Assembly (NCBI GenBank): GCA_963795855.1
Contig: CAWCIZ010000002.1
Coordinates: forward strand, 352,001-416,000
Direction: 5' to 3'
DNA length: 64,000 nt
DNA from: Vulcanimicrobiota bacterium
GTDB taxonomy: Bacteria; Vulcanimicrobiota; Vulcanimicrobiia; Vulcanimicrobiales; Vulcanimicrobiaceae
The number at the start of each line of letters is the position of its first letter. The stretch's first letter is position 1. Positions 1-9,690 of this stretch are shown here, piece by piece. Both the position numbers and the translations under genes were made by a program. The notes beneath the pieces are model-generated. The model did no database searches. It saw only the letters and a program-made list of their open reading frames with translations, and was not told where the DNA came from.

Positions 1-248
1 CCCATCAGATCGCCCAGCGGCATGATCAGCACTTTGTTATCGCGGAAACCGACGACTTCAGCGAGCACCGGCTCGGCGGTGCGCTTGTACTGGATGTGAC
101 ACGTCTCGCCGATGGCCATGTTCGGGCCGATGCTTTCGATGACGACGCCGATCACTTGGCGCACCTTGCCGTTCTGGCGCACCAGATCGACTGAGTCGAG
201 CAATCCGACGTATTTGTCGGCGGAAAAAACCGGCAGATCGACAGACAT
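1..248 (-). CDS. fliI: Flagellar export ATPase FliI, N-terminal part (runs off window start)
   Basis: Manual translation MSVDLPVF...GKVRQVIGVVIESIGPNMAIGETC...LAEVVGFRDNKVLIMPLGDL is a typical FliI/YscN N-terminus; directly downstream of fliH. Confidence 0.9.
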   Translation of the reverse strand, partial: MSVDLPVFSADKYVGLLDSVDLVRQNGKVRQVIGVVIESIGPNMAIGETCHIQYKRTAEPVLAEVVGFRDNKVLIMPLGDLM

Positions 249-257
249 AACCGGCCC

Positions 258-1109
258 TCAGCTGGCTTGCGCGGGTGGGTTGATCAGCGCGGGTCCGCTC
301 GATTCGCTGACCGAGATCGGATCCTCGACCGCGAGCAAACGGCGCACTTCACGGAGTTGCGTGGAGATCTTCGCATCGATCGTGCCTGCGTCGGTTTCGA
401 TGAGGACGCCGCCCCGATCCACGCGCTGATCCTCGATCACGCGCAGATTGTCGATGTCGTTCATGGCCATGAGTTTGTCGCGGTGTTGCCGCATGGTTTC
501 GATGTCCGCCGGATTGACCCGAACGGTCACCGTCTCGCGGTTTACCAAACGCGTGATGGCGGACCGCGTCATTTCCAAAACTGCGCCGCCGTCGAGCGCC
601 ACGTGCTGATTCAAAACCCGTTCGGCGATTGCGACGGAAAGCCGCACGATTTCCGGCTCCGCGCTCTCGATGATTTTGTAGCGCTCGACGCGCGCCATTT
701 CAACCAAACCACGCATCGTTTCGAGCATTTCGTCCATCTCGGCGGATGCGGCGGCCCGACCGTCGCCTACGCCCTGGTCGAATCCCAACTGCCGCGCTTC
801 TGCTTCGATCTGCGCGACCCGCTGCTGCGCGTCCTCAACGAGTTTGAGCGCGCGCTCCCGCGCTTCGCGAACGAGCGTTTCAGCGTCGGAGGCCGCCTCA
901 TCGATCAGCGCGGCGGCTTCAACGCGTGCGGCGTCGATGACGTCGCTCGCGGGTACGAGGGTCATCGTTTGCTCGGCCGGCGCGTGCGCGTCGGCAAAAA
1001 TTGGGTCGTCGAAGGGGATGGGCGACACCTGCCGCGGAGCCGGTACGATCGGCGGCTTCACTTGATACGTCTGCTGGGTGAACTGCGCACCCTTGACGAC
1101 TTTGCCCAA
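258..1109 (-). CDS. fliH: Flagellar assembly protein FliH
   Basis: Coiled-coil, GxxxG repeats (GFDQGVGDG), C-terminal VRVNPAD...GGVLIETDAGTIDA; between fliG and fliI. Confidence 0.9.
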   Translation of the reverse strand: MGKVVKGAQFTQQTYQVKPPIVPAPRQVSPIPFDDPIFADAHAPAEQTMTLVPASDVIDAARVEAAALIDEAASDAETLVREARERALKLVEDAQQRVAQIEAEARQLGFDQGVGDGRAAASAEMDEMLETMRGLVEMARVERYKIIESAEPEIVRLSVAIAERVLNQHVALDGGAVLEMTRSAITRLVNRETVTVRVNPADIETMRQHRDKLMAMNDIDNLRVIEDQRVDRGGVLIETDAGTIDAKISTQLREVRRLLAVEDPISVSESSGPALINPPAQAS

Positions 1110-1112
1110 AGC

Positions 1113-2204
1113 TTAGACCAGTTTCTCGTCCTTCGCTCCGCGGGCGATGATGATCTGGCCGTTTTCTTCCAGCGTCCGAATGACGTCGACGATCGACTGC
1201 TGAGCTTTGCCGACCTCGCGCATGCGAACGGGCCCGAGAAGATCGATATCTTCGCGCAGCGTCGTGCCGGCGCGCGACGACATGTTTTTGAAGACGCGCG
1301 AGAGCAGATCTTCGTTCGCGGTCTTGAGCGCGAGCGCCAAGTCCTTGCCGTCGACTTCCTTGAGGATGCGTTGAATCGAGCGATCGTCCAGATTGACGAT
1401 GTCTTCGAAGACGAAGAGCAAGTTTTTGACTTCGGTCGCGAGCTCCGGATCGCGCTTGGCGAGCCCCTCGAGAATATTCTTTTCCGTTTCGCGATCGACG
1501 AAGCCCATGACGTTCGCGAGCGATTGGACGCCGCCGGCCTTCGCGAAATCCGTTCCGCTGACCAGCAGACGCCTTCCCAGCAGTTCGTCGAGCTGTTCGA
1601 GCACTTCGGGCGCGGTTTTTTGCAGAATCGCGATGCGCATCGCCACTTCGGCCTGCAACTCGGGCGGAAGCGCGGAAAGCACCGCGCCGGCCTGATCGGC
1701 CGCCATGTAGACGAGGATGAGCGCGATCGTCTGCGGATGTTCGTCTTGAATGAACTGCAGCAGCTGCGCCGGCTCAGTCTTCTTGATGAGTTCGAGCGGA
1801 TTGCCGTGCTTGAGCGCCGCGAACAAGCGGTTCGTCATGTCGTCGGCTTGACCGGCGCCGAACGAACGCTCGAGAATCTCCTTGGCGTACTCGATGCCGC
1901 CTTCGTTGATGTACTTCAGCGCGATGGCGCGCTGATACGCCTCCGTTATGACCGAATCACGCTTCTCGAGCGGTACCGTCGAGATTTTTGCGATTTCGAG
2001 GACGATGCGTTCGACTTCGTCCTGTCGCAAGAATTTGAAAATCGTCGCGGAGAGCTCGAGGCCGAGCGTAATAATCAGAATCGCAGCCTTTTCGGGGCCG
2101 GTAACGTCGAGCGCCGGAAAATCGCCGCCGAGCTGTCCGAGATCGGGCAGATCGTCGGGCACGTCGCTGAGGTTGACGATGGGCGAGTCCATATTAAAAG
2201 GCAC
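1113..2204 (-). CDS. fliG: Flagellar motor switch protein FliG (start may be ATG at 2192)
   Basis: EKAAILIITLG, EHPQTIALIL, GGVQSLAN, LFVFED, FKNMSSRA, GPVRMREV motifs. Confidence 0.95.
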   Translation of the reverse strand: MPFNMDSPIVNLSDVPDDLPDLGQLGGDFPALDVTGPEKAAILIITLGLELSATIFKFLRQDEVERIVLEIAKISTVPLEKRDSVITEAYQRAIALKYINEGGIEYAKEILERSFGAGQADDMTNRLFAALKHGNPLELIKKTEPAQLLQFIQDEHPQTIALILVYMAADQAGAVLSALPPELQAEVAMRIAILQKTAPEVLEQLDELLGRRLLVSGTDFAKAGGVQSLANVMGFVDRETEKNILEGLAKRDPELATEVKNLLFVFEDIVNLDDRSIQRILKEVDGKDLALALKTANEDLLSRVFKNMSSRAGTTLREDIDLLGPVRMREVGKAQQSIVDVIRTLEENGQIIIARGAKDEKLV

Positions 2205-2339
2205 TCCGCTCTGCTGCGCGCCGATTTAAAAGGCGCTGCGGCCTAGCCTGCGCGCCCCTCATCAAAGATGGGGCCCCCACGACCTCATGGCGCCTCGACG
2301 TTCTGCCCGCGTAAGCTTTCCCCGTGGGCGCCGTTAAAG
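2194..2339. repeat. Repeat family A: truncated unit (2194-2223) plus full ~116-bp unit (2224-2339)
   Basis: ATTTAAAAGGCGC...CCCCGTGGGCGCC; clearly homologous to 5523-5635. Confidence 0.85.
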
Positions 2340-2351
2340 TTGAGCGCCCTA

Positions 2352-3995
2352 TCATTCGGCTAGCCACAGCTTGACGAGTTTTGCAATGCTGTCCGGATTC
2401 TCCTGAGCGACGGTAGTGACGTATTCGATCATCTGTTCGCGAGTAAGGTCGGCGGCCGAACGAATCGGTGCTGCGATGCCGGGAGCGCCGTCCAGCATCG
2501 GATGCTCTTCGAACGGCGGCAGTTCTTCGGCGAGCGTCGAATCGAAGGACGGCAATTCCATCGCGGGCTTGAACGAACTTCCGCGGCGTCTGCGCATCGC
2601 GAACAATCCAAGTCCGCCGACTGCGCCGAGAAGCAATATCGCGATGACGGCGGCGAGCGGGATGCCGAGCACCGTTCCGGGCGTTTGCGTCGCGATTGCG
2701 CCTGGAAGGGCCGCGACGGCCGGATTGAACGGAATCGATTCGACGGAAACTTGATCGCCGGTCGAAAGATTCAGACCGGCTGCGGCAACCACGAGGTTTT
2801 GAATTTGCTGACGCATCGCGGGAGTGATCTGGTACGGCTGACCCGGCGACTTACTCGTGGTTGCAGCGGCAGCGCTGTTCAGGACGACGGCGACGCTGGT
2901 CGAAACGACTTTCCCCGGCGCGTCGATATGTTTGCTGTTCGACTCGGAGATGTCGTAGTTCGTCGTCGTTTCCGACTTGTTGTAGCGGCCGCCGGGGGTT
3001 TGCTGCTGCCCTTGGTACGTCGGCACGTTGGTCGTCGTGCCGGGCACGCCCGCCGCGCGAGCTGCAGCCTGCGCGCCGTTGTACGATTCGCGCTTGGATT
3101 GCGCTGAGAGCACGGTGCCTTGCGGCGCGTACGTCTTCGTTTCCGTCGTGGTGGCGTCGAAATTCATTTTCGTCGACACGCGCGCGACGGCATGACGCGG
3201 GCCGAGCGTCTGATCCAGCATCGATTGCACGCTGGCCTGCACGGTGGCCTCATAGCGCTGTTTCGCGGCGAGTTGTTCTTGCGTAAGGTTGAGCGGATCG
3301 GGCTGACTACTGTCCGAGCCTTGCGGCGGCAGCAGCACCTGCCCGTCCTGATTCACGATGGTGACGTTTTCGGGTTTGAGCCCTTCGACGGCGTGCGAAA
3401 CCAGCATCGTGATGCCCTGCACTTGCTGCGGTGAGAGCTCCATGCCGGGTTTGGTCGTGACGGCAACCGACGCAGTCGTGGGATTCTGCGTGGTGCTGTA
3501 CAGCGTTTGGTCCGGCTCCGCGATCTGCACGCGCGCTCCGTCCACCGGATCCAGACCCGCGATGGTGCGCTCGAGTTCACCTTCGACCGCGCGAGTCTTG
3601 TCGATCTTCTCTTCGAATTCGGTCATGCCGAAGTTCGTCCGGTCGAAGAGTTCGTAACCGGTCGAGCTGCCTTTGATGACGTTCGCGCCGGCGATGGCCA
3701 CGCGTTCGTCGGAAATATTTTGCGCCGGAACCAAGACGGTTTTGCCGTCGGCGGAGAGCTGATACGGGACTTTGTCGTCCTTCAAGTGCTGCGTAACCGA
3801 GGCTGCGTCGCCTGCGGAAAGGTTCGAAAAGAGCGGCTCGTATGCGGGGCGGTTGAACGCATAAAGAGCGCCCAGCGCGAGCACCGCAACCGCGAGAACG
3901 AAAAATACACCGACGGCGACATTGCGGTTGGGGCCTTCCCACAATGTTCGAAACCGGCCGGCGAGATCGTTCCACATCACCGAGACGCGATCCAA
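2352..3995 (-). CDS. fliF: Flagellar M-ring protein FliF
   Basis: N- and C-terminal TM helices, YEPLFSNLS, GYELFD..FGMTEFE, EGELERTI, C-terminal NPDSIAKLVKLWL. Confidence 0.95.
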   Translation of the reverse strand: MDRVSVMWNDLAGRFRTLWEGPNRNVAVGVFFVLAVAVLALGALYAFNRPAYEPLFSNLSAGDAASVTQHLKDDKVPYQLSADGKTVLVPAQNISDERVAIAGANVIKGSSTGYELFDRTNFGMTEFEEKIDKTRAVEGELERTIAGLDPVDGARVQIAEPDQTLYSTTQNPTTASVAVTTKPGMELSPQQVQGITMLVSHAVEGLKPENVTIVNQDGQVLLPPQGSDSSQPDPLNLTQEQLAAKQRYEATVQASVQSMLDQTLGPRHAVARVSTKMNFDATTTETKTYAPQGTVLSAQSKRESYNGAQAAARAAGVPGTTTNVPTYQGQQQTPGGRYNKSETTTNYDISESNSKHIDAPGKVVSTSVAVVLNSAAAATTSKSPGQPYQITPAMRQQIQNLVVAAAGLNLSTGDQVSVESIPFNPAVAALPGAIATQTPGTVLGIPLAAVIAILLLGAVGGLGLFAMRRRRGSSFKPAMELPSFDSTLAEELPPFEEHPMLDGAPGIAAPIRSAADLTREQMIEYVTTVAQENPDSIAKLVKLWLAE

Positions 3996-4111
3996 AACGT
4001 CACCTAACCTCTAGGCGCGGCCGACCGTGGCCAGCTTACCGAACGTCCATGTCCGGCAGCATACGAGTCCCTGCGGTCTGAACCCCAGACCGTACGGACT
4101 ACTCACCTGTA

Positions 4112-4138
4112 GTATCGGACGTTGTCCACACCGCTTTA
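4112..4138 (-). promoter_or_regulatory. Sigma28 (FliA/SigD)-type promoter upstream of fliF
   Basis: Minus strand TAAA-N15-TCCGATAC versus consensus TAAA-N15-GCCGATAA. Confidence 0.65.
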
Positions 4139-4186
4139 CGACCGGATTCTGTACTGCGGCAAACTTAACAAGGCGATGACTGCAGC

Positions 4187-5432
4187 TCATACTGCGAACT
4201 GCGAGCGCTCCGCTCCGACCGAGACGCACTCGACCGGCACCCCAAGTATCGCTTCGACGCGGCGAACGTACGCGCGCGCCGTTTCGGGGAGATCGGCGAT
4301 CCGCCGCACACGCCGAGATATCTTCGCGCCAGCCTTCCATGTACTCGTGGTCGAGCTCGAGCCCGGATTGCCCGGCCGCGGCGAACGGCACCGGTTTTCC
4401 GCGCAGGCGGTATCCCGTCGCGATGCCGATGCGTTCGAAACCCGTCAGCACGTCGAGTTTGGTGATGACTGCGGAGGTGAGCCCGTTCAGGCGCGCCGCG
4501 TACCGCGCGGCGACCGCGTCGAACCAGCCGCACCGGCGCGGACGTCCGGTCACGACGCCGAACTCGGCACCGGCCCTGCGCAAACGCTCGCCGGTTTCGT
4601 CCTGCAATTCGGACGGAAACGGTCCACCGCCGACGCGCGTGCAATACGCCTTCACCACGCCGATGACTCGCCGAACCGCGGTCGGTCCGATGCCCAAACC
4701 GATGCAAGCGCCGCCCGCGATGGTGTGCGAGCTGGTGACGTACGGATACGTTCCGTAGCCCACGTCGAGCAACGAGCCTTGCGCGCCTTCAACCAGAACG
4801 CGTCGGCCGCTCTCCATCGCGCCGTGCAGATAGTCGATACCGTCGACGATATGCGGCGTAATGCGTGCCGCGGCATCGAGCGTCGGTGCGATCAGTTCTT
4901 CCGCGCCTTTGAGGCGCAGTTTGTCCGCCAGCGTTTCCGGCCGCAGCAGATCGCCGAACGTGATTCCCGACCGCGCGGCCTTGTCGACGTACGCCGGGCC
5001 GATCCCGCGCCCGGTCGTGCCGATCGCTTGCGCTCCGCGCGCCCGTTCGGCGGCTTTGTCGGCGTCCGCATGATACGGAAAGACGACGTGCGCGCGATCC
5101 GAAATGCGAACGCGCGAAACATCCACGCCGAGCGCTTTGAGCGAATCCAGTTCGCGGGTCAGTCCCTGCAGACTGACGACCGTTCCGCCGCCGATGAAGA
5201 GCTCGCAGTGTTCCTGCAACACGCCCGAAGGCACGATGCGCAGCGCGAGTTTGCGCTCGCCGACGTGAATGGAATGTCCTGCGTTGTCACCGCCGCCGAA
5301 CCGCGCCACTACGTCGTAATCGCGCGCGTACTGGTCGACGATCCGGCCCTTGCCTTCGTCGCCCCACTGAATACCCACAATGATGTCAGCTTTGCCGACA
5401 CCATCGTTGGGCCCCGATGTTTGAAAAGGCAC
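4187..5432 (-). CDS. purA: Adenylosuccinate synthetase; apparent frameshift near 4310
   Basis: QWGDEGKG, GGDNAGH, IGTTGRGIGPAY, EGAQG, TGRPRRCGWFD; C-terminus (RAYVRRVEAILGVPVECVSVGAERSQFAV*) continues in another frame. Confidence 0.93.
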
Positions 5433-5664
5433 TACGGCTTCGGCTCCGCGCCCCCCACGCTAAAGCGTGTGCTCGCGCGAACATACCCCGTGGGCGCCCT
5501 AAACAAGTATGAGTTGCTACTCATTTAAAAGGCGCTCCGCCCTAGGCTGCGCGCCCCCCACGCTAAAGCGTGGGGCCCCCACGACCACACGGCGCCTCAA
5601 TATCGTGCTCGCGTAAAGATGCCCCGTGGGCGCCCTAGAACAAGTATGAGTAGCTGCTTATTCA
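5421..5664. repeat. Repeat family A: internally deleted unit (5421-5522) plus full unit (5523-~5660) in tandem
   Basis: Both share GCGCCCCCCACGCTAAAGCGTG, CCCCGTGGGCGCCCTA and AACAAGTATGAGT; homologous to 2224-2339. Confidence 0.85.
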
Positions 5665-6970
5665 TTCATGAACTCGAGATCCGATGTATCGCCCATCGGA
5701 ATCTGCGGCACTCCTTCGAACGACGTCATCACGAATTCGCTGAAAAGCGCGTTCGGCCAGCCGAAGTCGGGGCGCGTGTAGCGCTTCGGATCGTTCGGAT
5801 CGAACGATTCGTGCAGCAGGTGATCGCCCGGATCGCTGGCGAGCAGTTGGTTCAGCACGTCTTGTTTTTCGGTCCGCGGAGGATGCCGTCAGTCCCTCCA
5901 TCACCATCGCGAGCGGCCATACCCAATGCTCCGGCGTGTGCCAGCTGCCGATGCCGCGGGCGACCGTGCCGGTATAATACGACGGATTGTCCTGCGAGAG
6001 TAAAAATGCTCGCGTGTTCAGATAGTAGCGATCGTTGTCCGGCAGGTAGCCGATATACGGCGCGGATAGCAGGCTGGGGACGTTGGCGTCGTCGGTCAGA
6101 ATCGCGTGGCCGAGACCGTCGACTTCGTACGCGTAGATGTAGCCGTACTTCGATACGGGCACCATGCCGTAACGCTGAATGCCCCGCTGCACTTCGTCGC
6201 GCAGCGATTGCGCTTCGTGCGCTTTGATGAGATTGTGATAGACTTCGCGCTCGATTTGCGCCATGTCGCCGAGCGCGACGACCGCGAACATCTCGGACGG
6301 AATGGAATAGTTGTAAAAGCACGCGTCGTCCGACGGACGAAAACCCGTCCAGATCATGCCGGTATATCCGACCGGGCTTCCGCGCCCGTCGTTCGGGAGT
6401 TCTTTGTGCGTATAGCGCGAGTTGCGCGGATGGTCTTGCTCGCGCTCCATCGTGGCGAGGATTGCGTCGAACGCTTTGGATTCATCGGGCGTAAAGACGG
6501 AAGCATCGCCGGTGACGTGCCAATAACTCCACGCCAGCGTTACCGGATACGCCAGCGAGTCGAGTTCGAACTTTTCCTCCCAAACGCGGTAATCGAGCGT
6601 GAAGGCGTTGGCGTACGGATCGATCTGCAGGTACTTCGCTTGGCGCGCGATGATGCCGCGCAGCAGTTCGCGGATGGTCGCGTCTTCGCGCGCGTAATAG
6701 AAATACGGCCGCACTTGCGCGCTCGAGTCGCGCAGCCATTCCGCCGGAATGTCGCCCGTTTTCACATAAGCGGTTCCGTCGGGCGCTGAGGACCGCCAGT
6801 TTGGTCGTATCCAGCAGCGCCGCGCGGAACATTTCCTGCAAGTGCAGGTTCGAACTTTGGTAGTCGGCGGCGGCCTGCTGGATCGACTGCAATTCGAGCG
6901 CTCCGGCAGGCGAGCGGAACGCAAAACAGCAGGGCGAGCAGGCGGCAAACAAGTGCTTGAACGACTTCAT
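5658..6970 (-). CDS. Glycoside hydrolase family 125 (exo-alpha-1,6-mannosidase-like) with probable signal peptide; frameshifts near 6790 and 5860
   Basis: TGDIPAEWLRDSSAQ, DPYANAF, EEKFELDSL, GFRPSDD, DDANVPSLLS, HESFDPNDP..YTRPDFGWPNALFSE split over three frames. Confidence 0.85.
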
Positions 6971-7480
6971 TGTGGCCAACTTCCGTGGGCGTAGAGTTCA
7001 GGTAATTCACGGTAACGGCCCAGATAATCCAGGCCGTATCCGACGACGAAGACGTCGGGCATTTCAAACCCGCGGTATTTCACGTGCACGTCCGCGATGC
7101 GCCGGTGCGGGCGATCGAGCAGCGTGCAGACTTCCAGCGAGGCCGGCGCGCGCGCGCGCTAACGTTTGCGTTATATATTGAAGCGTCAGTCCGGTATCGA
7201 TCGTGTCCTCTACGAGCACCACATGCCGGCCTTCGATGGATGCGCTGGTGTCCTTGATGAACCGAATGCCGCCGGCGTCGCCGTACCGTGAGAGCGCGAT
7301 GAAATCGAACTCGCAAGGTATCGGTATGGCGCGCGTCAGATCGGCAACGAAGACGGCCGAACTGGTCAGCACGCCTACGATCATCGGATTTTTTCCGGCA
7401 TAGTCGGAGGTGATGGCGGCGCCGATCTCGCGCACGCGCGCCGCAATCGCCGCTTCGTCGAACAGGCGCTGCGCGATCAC
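6967..7480 (-). CDS. hpt: Hypoxanthine phosphoribosyltransferase; frameshift near 7150
   Basis: PRPP motif VVLVEDTIDTGLTL; C-terminus GFEMPDVFVVGYGLDY..RYRELP in second frame; TGA overlaps GH125 ATG. Confidence 0.9.
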
Positions 7481-7830
7481 GACGGCGAGCCGGCCTGGTC
7501 GAAAAAATTCGCTGTACGTCGTGCCGCGTGAAGAATTTGATCGCAAGGTCGGGGAACGACTTGACGCAGCAGGCGCACCTTGCGATTTTTGCGCGACTGC
7601 AGGTGCGGGCTGTGCACGGTCATTTCGACAAACAGATCGTACTGAGGAAGATAGAAATCCGGCGTAAACCACTCGACGGCGTTTCCGCACTCGTCACGCG
7701 AAATCGGGAAGGAGCAGGGCTCGTAATGCCAGTCGACTTGATAGAAATCCAAGAGTCGAGCGAATTCCGCTTCGCTGCGATGCGCAAACCGCGGTGTTGC
7801 ATTCCACGGGCGAACATCTACGACGCGCGC
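7477..7830 (-). CDS. Small PD-(D/E)XK nuclease-like protein coupled to hpt; start uncertain, indels near 7560 and 7505
   Basis: FAHRSEAEFARLLDFYQVDWHYEP...FTPDFYLPQYDLFVEMT...KNRKVRLL. Confidence 0.6.
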   Translation of the reverse strand, partial: ARVVDVRPWNATPRFAHRSEAEFARLLDFYQVDWHYEPCSFPISRDECGNAVEWFTPDFYLPQYDLFVEMTVHSPHLQSRKNRKVRLLRQVVPRPCDQILHAARRTANFFDQAGSPS

Positions 7831-8960
7831 GTTCCCGAATCTGCCTTTAGCGCGGCAAGCAGGCCTCGAACCGGGCGCCGCCCAGCGGTGACTCGCGCGC
7901 GCGAATCGGCGCCGCCGGCACGTTCGACGATCATTTTGACGATTGCGAGTCCGATGCCGGTGCCCGGGCCGAACCGCGTTCTGGGGCTGCGCACTCGCAA
8001 GGCGAAGATCGACTCGCGTTCGCCGGCGCGATGCCGGGGCCATCGTCGTCGACGGTGATGATCGCCGTCGGCCTCGCGCACGCCGACGAAGCACCCGACC
8101 GTTCCGCCGGCCGCGCCGTATTTGATCGCATTTTCGAGCAGATTCACGATCAGCTGCAGACAAGCATCGGCATCGATGGCGACGCGAACGTCGGCGTATG
8201 GGAGCGCACGCTGACGGTCACGGACGCCGCGGCGCGCGCGGGCGGCCGAACCACTTCGAAGTGGCCTGCACTGCATCCGCGAAGTCGCAGATCGCACTGC
8301 TGCATTGCAAGCGTATCGACGGAGAGATCGAAGAGCGAAAATTCGAACATGCCGTCGAGCAGGCGTCCCATGCGCAGCGCTTCCCGGCGCGCTGTTTCAA
8401 GGAAGCGCGAGCGGTTCTGTCCGTCGGTCTCTTCGTCGAGCAGCGTTTCGAGATAGCCGCGGATCGACGTCAGCGGCGTGCGCAGCTCGTGGCCGATCGC
8501 GGAAAAGAATTCGTACCGCTCGCGATCGCGCGCCCCGCGTTCGAGCGCGGCGGCGATATCGCCATTCAAATCATTCGTTGCGCGAACGAGCAGCGTCCAG
8601 CCGTTTTCGACGGGCAATTCGGTTTCGCAGCGAAATCGCCGCGCCGATGCGCTCGAGCACCGCGCGAATGTCCATCGGAGACGGCGCCCGCGCTTCGCGC
8701 GACGGCGCGGTCATGACGATTGCGAATGCGTCGCTTCCCACGTCGTGTCCCGTTAGATCGCCGGTGCGCAGCATGCGCGCGGATGACTCCATAAACGCGC
8801 AGTCGTGGCGCGCTCGAGCCGATGCGCGGCGCGCTTTCCATCCCGCCACGCGATTCGCTCGAAATCGGGCAGGCGCAGCGCGAGCAGCGGCACGGGCGCA
8901 CGCTCGACGGCCGCTTCGAGCGGCGCGGCAAGCGCGCGCAGAGCGAGTACGCCGATTACG
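7818..8960 (-). CDS. Sensor histidine kinase with N-terminal degenerate GGDEF-like region; several frameshifts, boundaries approximate
   Basis: H-box GHELRTPLTSIRGY, N-box NLLENAIKYG, G1 DDDGPGI, G2 GTGIGLAIVK in successive frames. Confidence 0.8.
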
Positions 8961-9646
8961 CGCGCGAGAACTTGTAGCCGAAGCCATGAACCGTCTGCAG
9001 CATCGGCGGAAGGCTGCGCTTCTTCTTCGATTTTCAAGCGCACGCGCCGCACATGCACGTCGACCGTTCGTTCGTCACCCTCGAAATCGAATCCCCAGAC
9101 TTTTTCGACGAGCGTGCGCCGTGAAAGCGCGACGCCGGGGTTCGCGGCAAATGCGAGCAGCAGCGCGAATTCGCGCGGTTTGAGTTTGACGTCGTTGCCG
9201 TCGACGCGCGCTTCGCGTGCGGCTTCGTCGATTTCGAGCCGTCCGAAACTGAGCACCTTGGGAGACGGGTCGTTCGGCGTGCCCGCGCGCCGCAGAACGG
9301 CTTTCAAACGCGCGACGACCTCGCGCGGCGAAAACGGTTTGCAGATGTAGTCGTCCGCGCCTAGTTCGAAACCGACGACGCGATCGATTTCGTCGATGCG
9401 TGCCGTCAGCATCAGAATCGGGACGCCGTACTTCTCGCGGCGCAGCGTCCGTGCAACTTCCAATCCGTCGATCGCGGGCAGGCCGATGTCGAGAATGACC
9501 GCGTCGGCGCGTTCGCGGCCGGCGCGCAGTGCGGCGTTCCCGTCAGCAACGGCGATGACGTCGAAGCCGTCGCGCTCCAGATGGTGCGCGAGCAATTCTC
9601 GAATTGCCGGATCGTCTTCCGCGAGCAAAACCGTACTGGCGGGCAT
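8956..9646 (-). CDS. OmpR/PhoB-family response regulator; frameshift near 9000
   Basis: VLLAEDD, ILDIGLP, LTAR, GADDYICKPFS, wHTH RTVDVHVRRVR; TVHGFGYKF in another frame. Confidence 0.92.
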
Positions 9647-9690
9647 GCATCGGACAGTGCCCGAGGTTACGCGCGCGGGGACACGGGTAC

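Noticed and set aside
267..2246. Long antisense ORFs (267-2246, 4122-5528, 45211-47382 extension, 57296-58513 and others)
   Set aside because: Shadow frames of real genes in GC-rich DNA; no motifs of their own
4060..4105. c-di-GMP riboswitch in the fliF leader
   Set aside because: Hairpin lacks the GNRA/receptor and GCAAA/GGUC features of c-di-GMP-I and shows no c-di-GMP-II pattern
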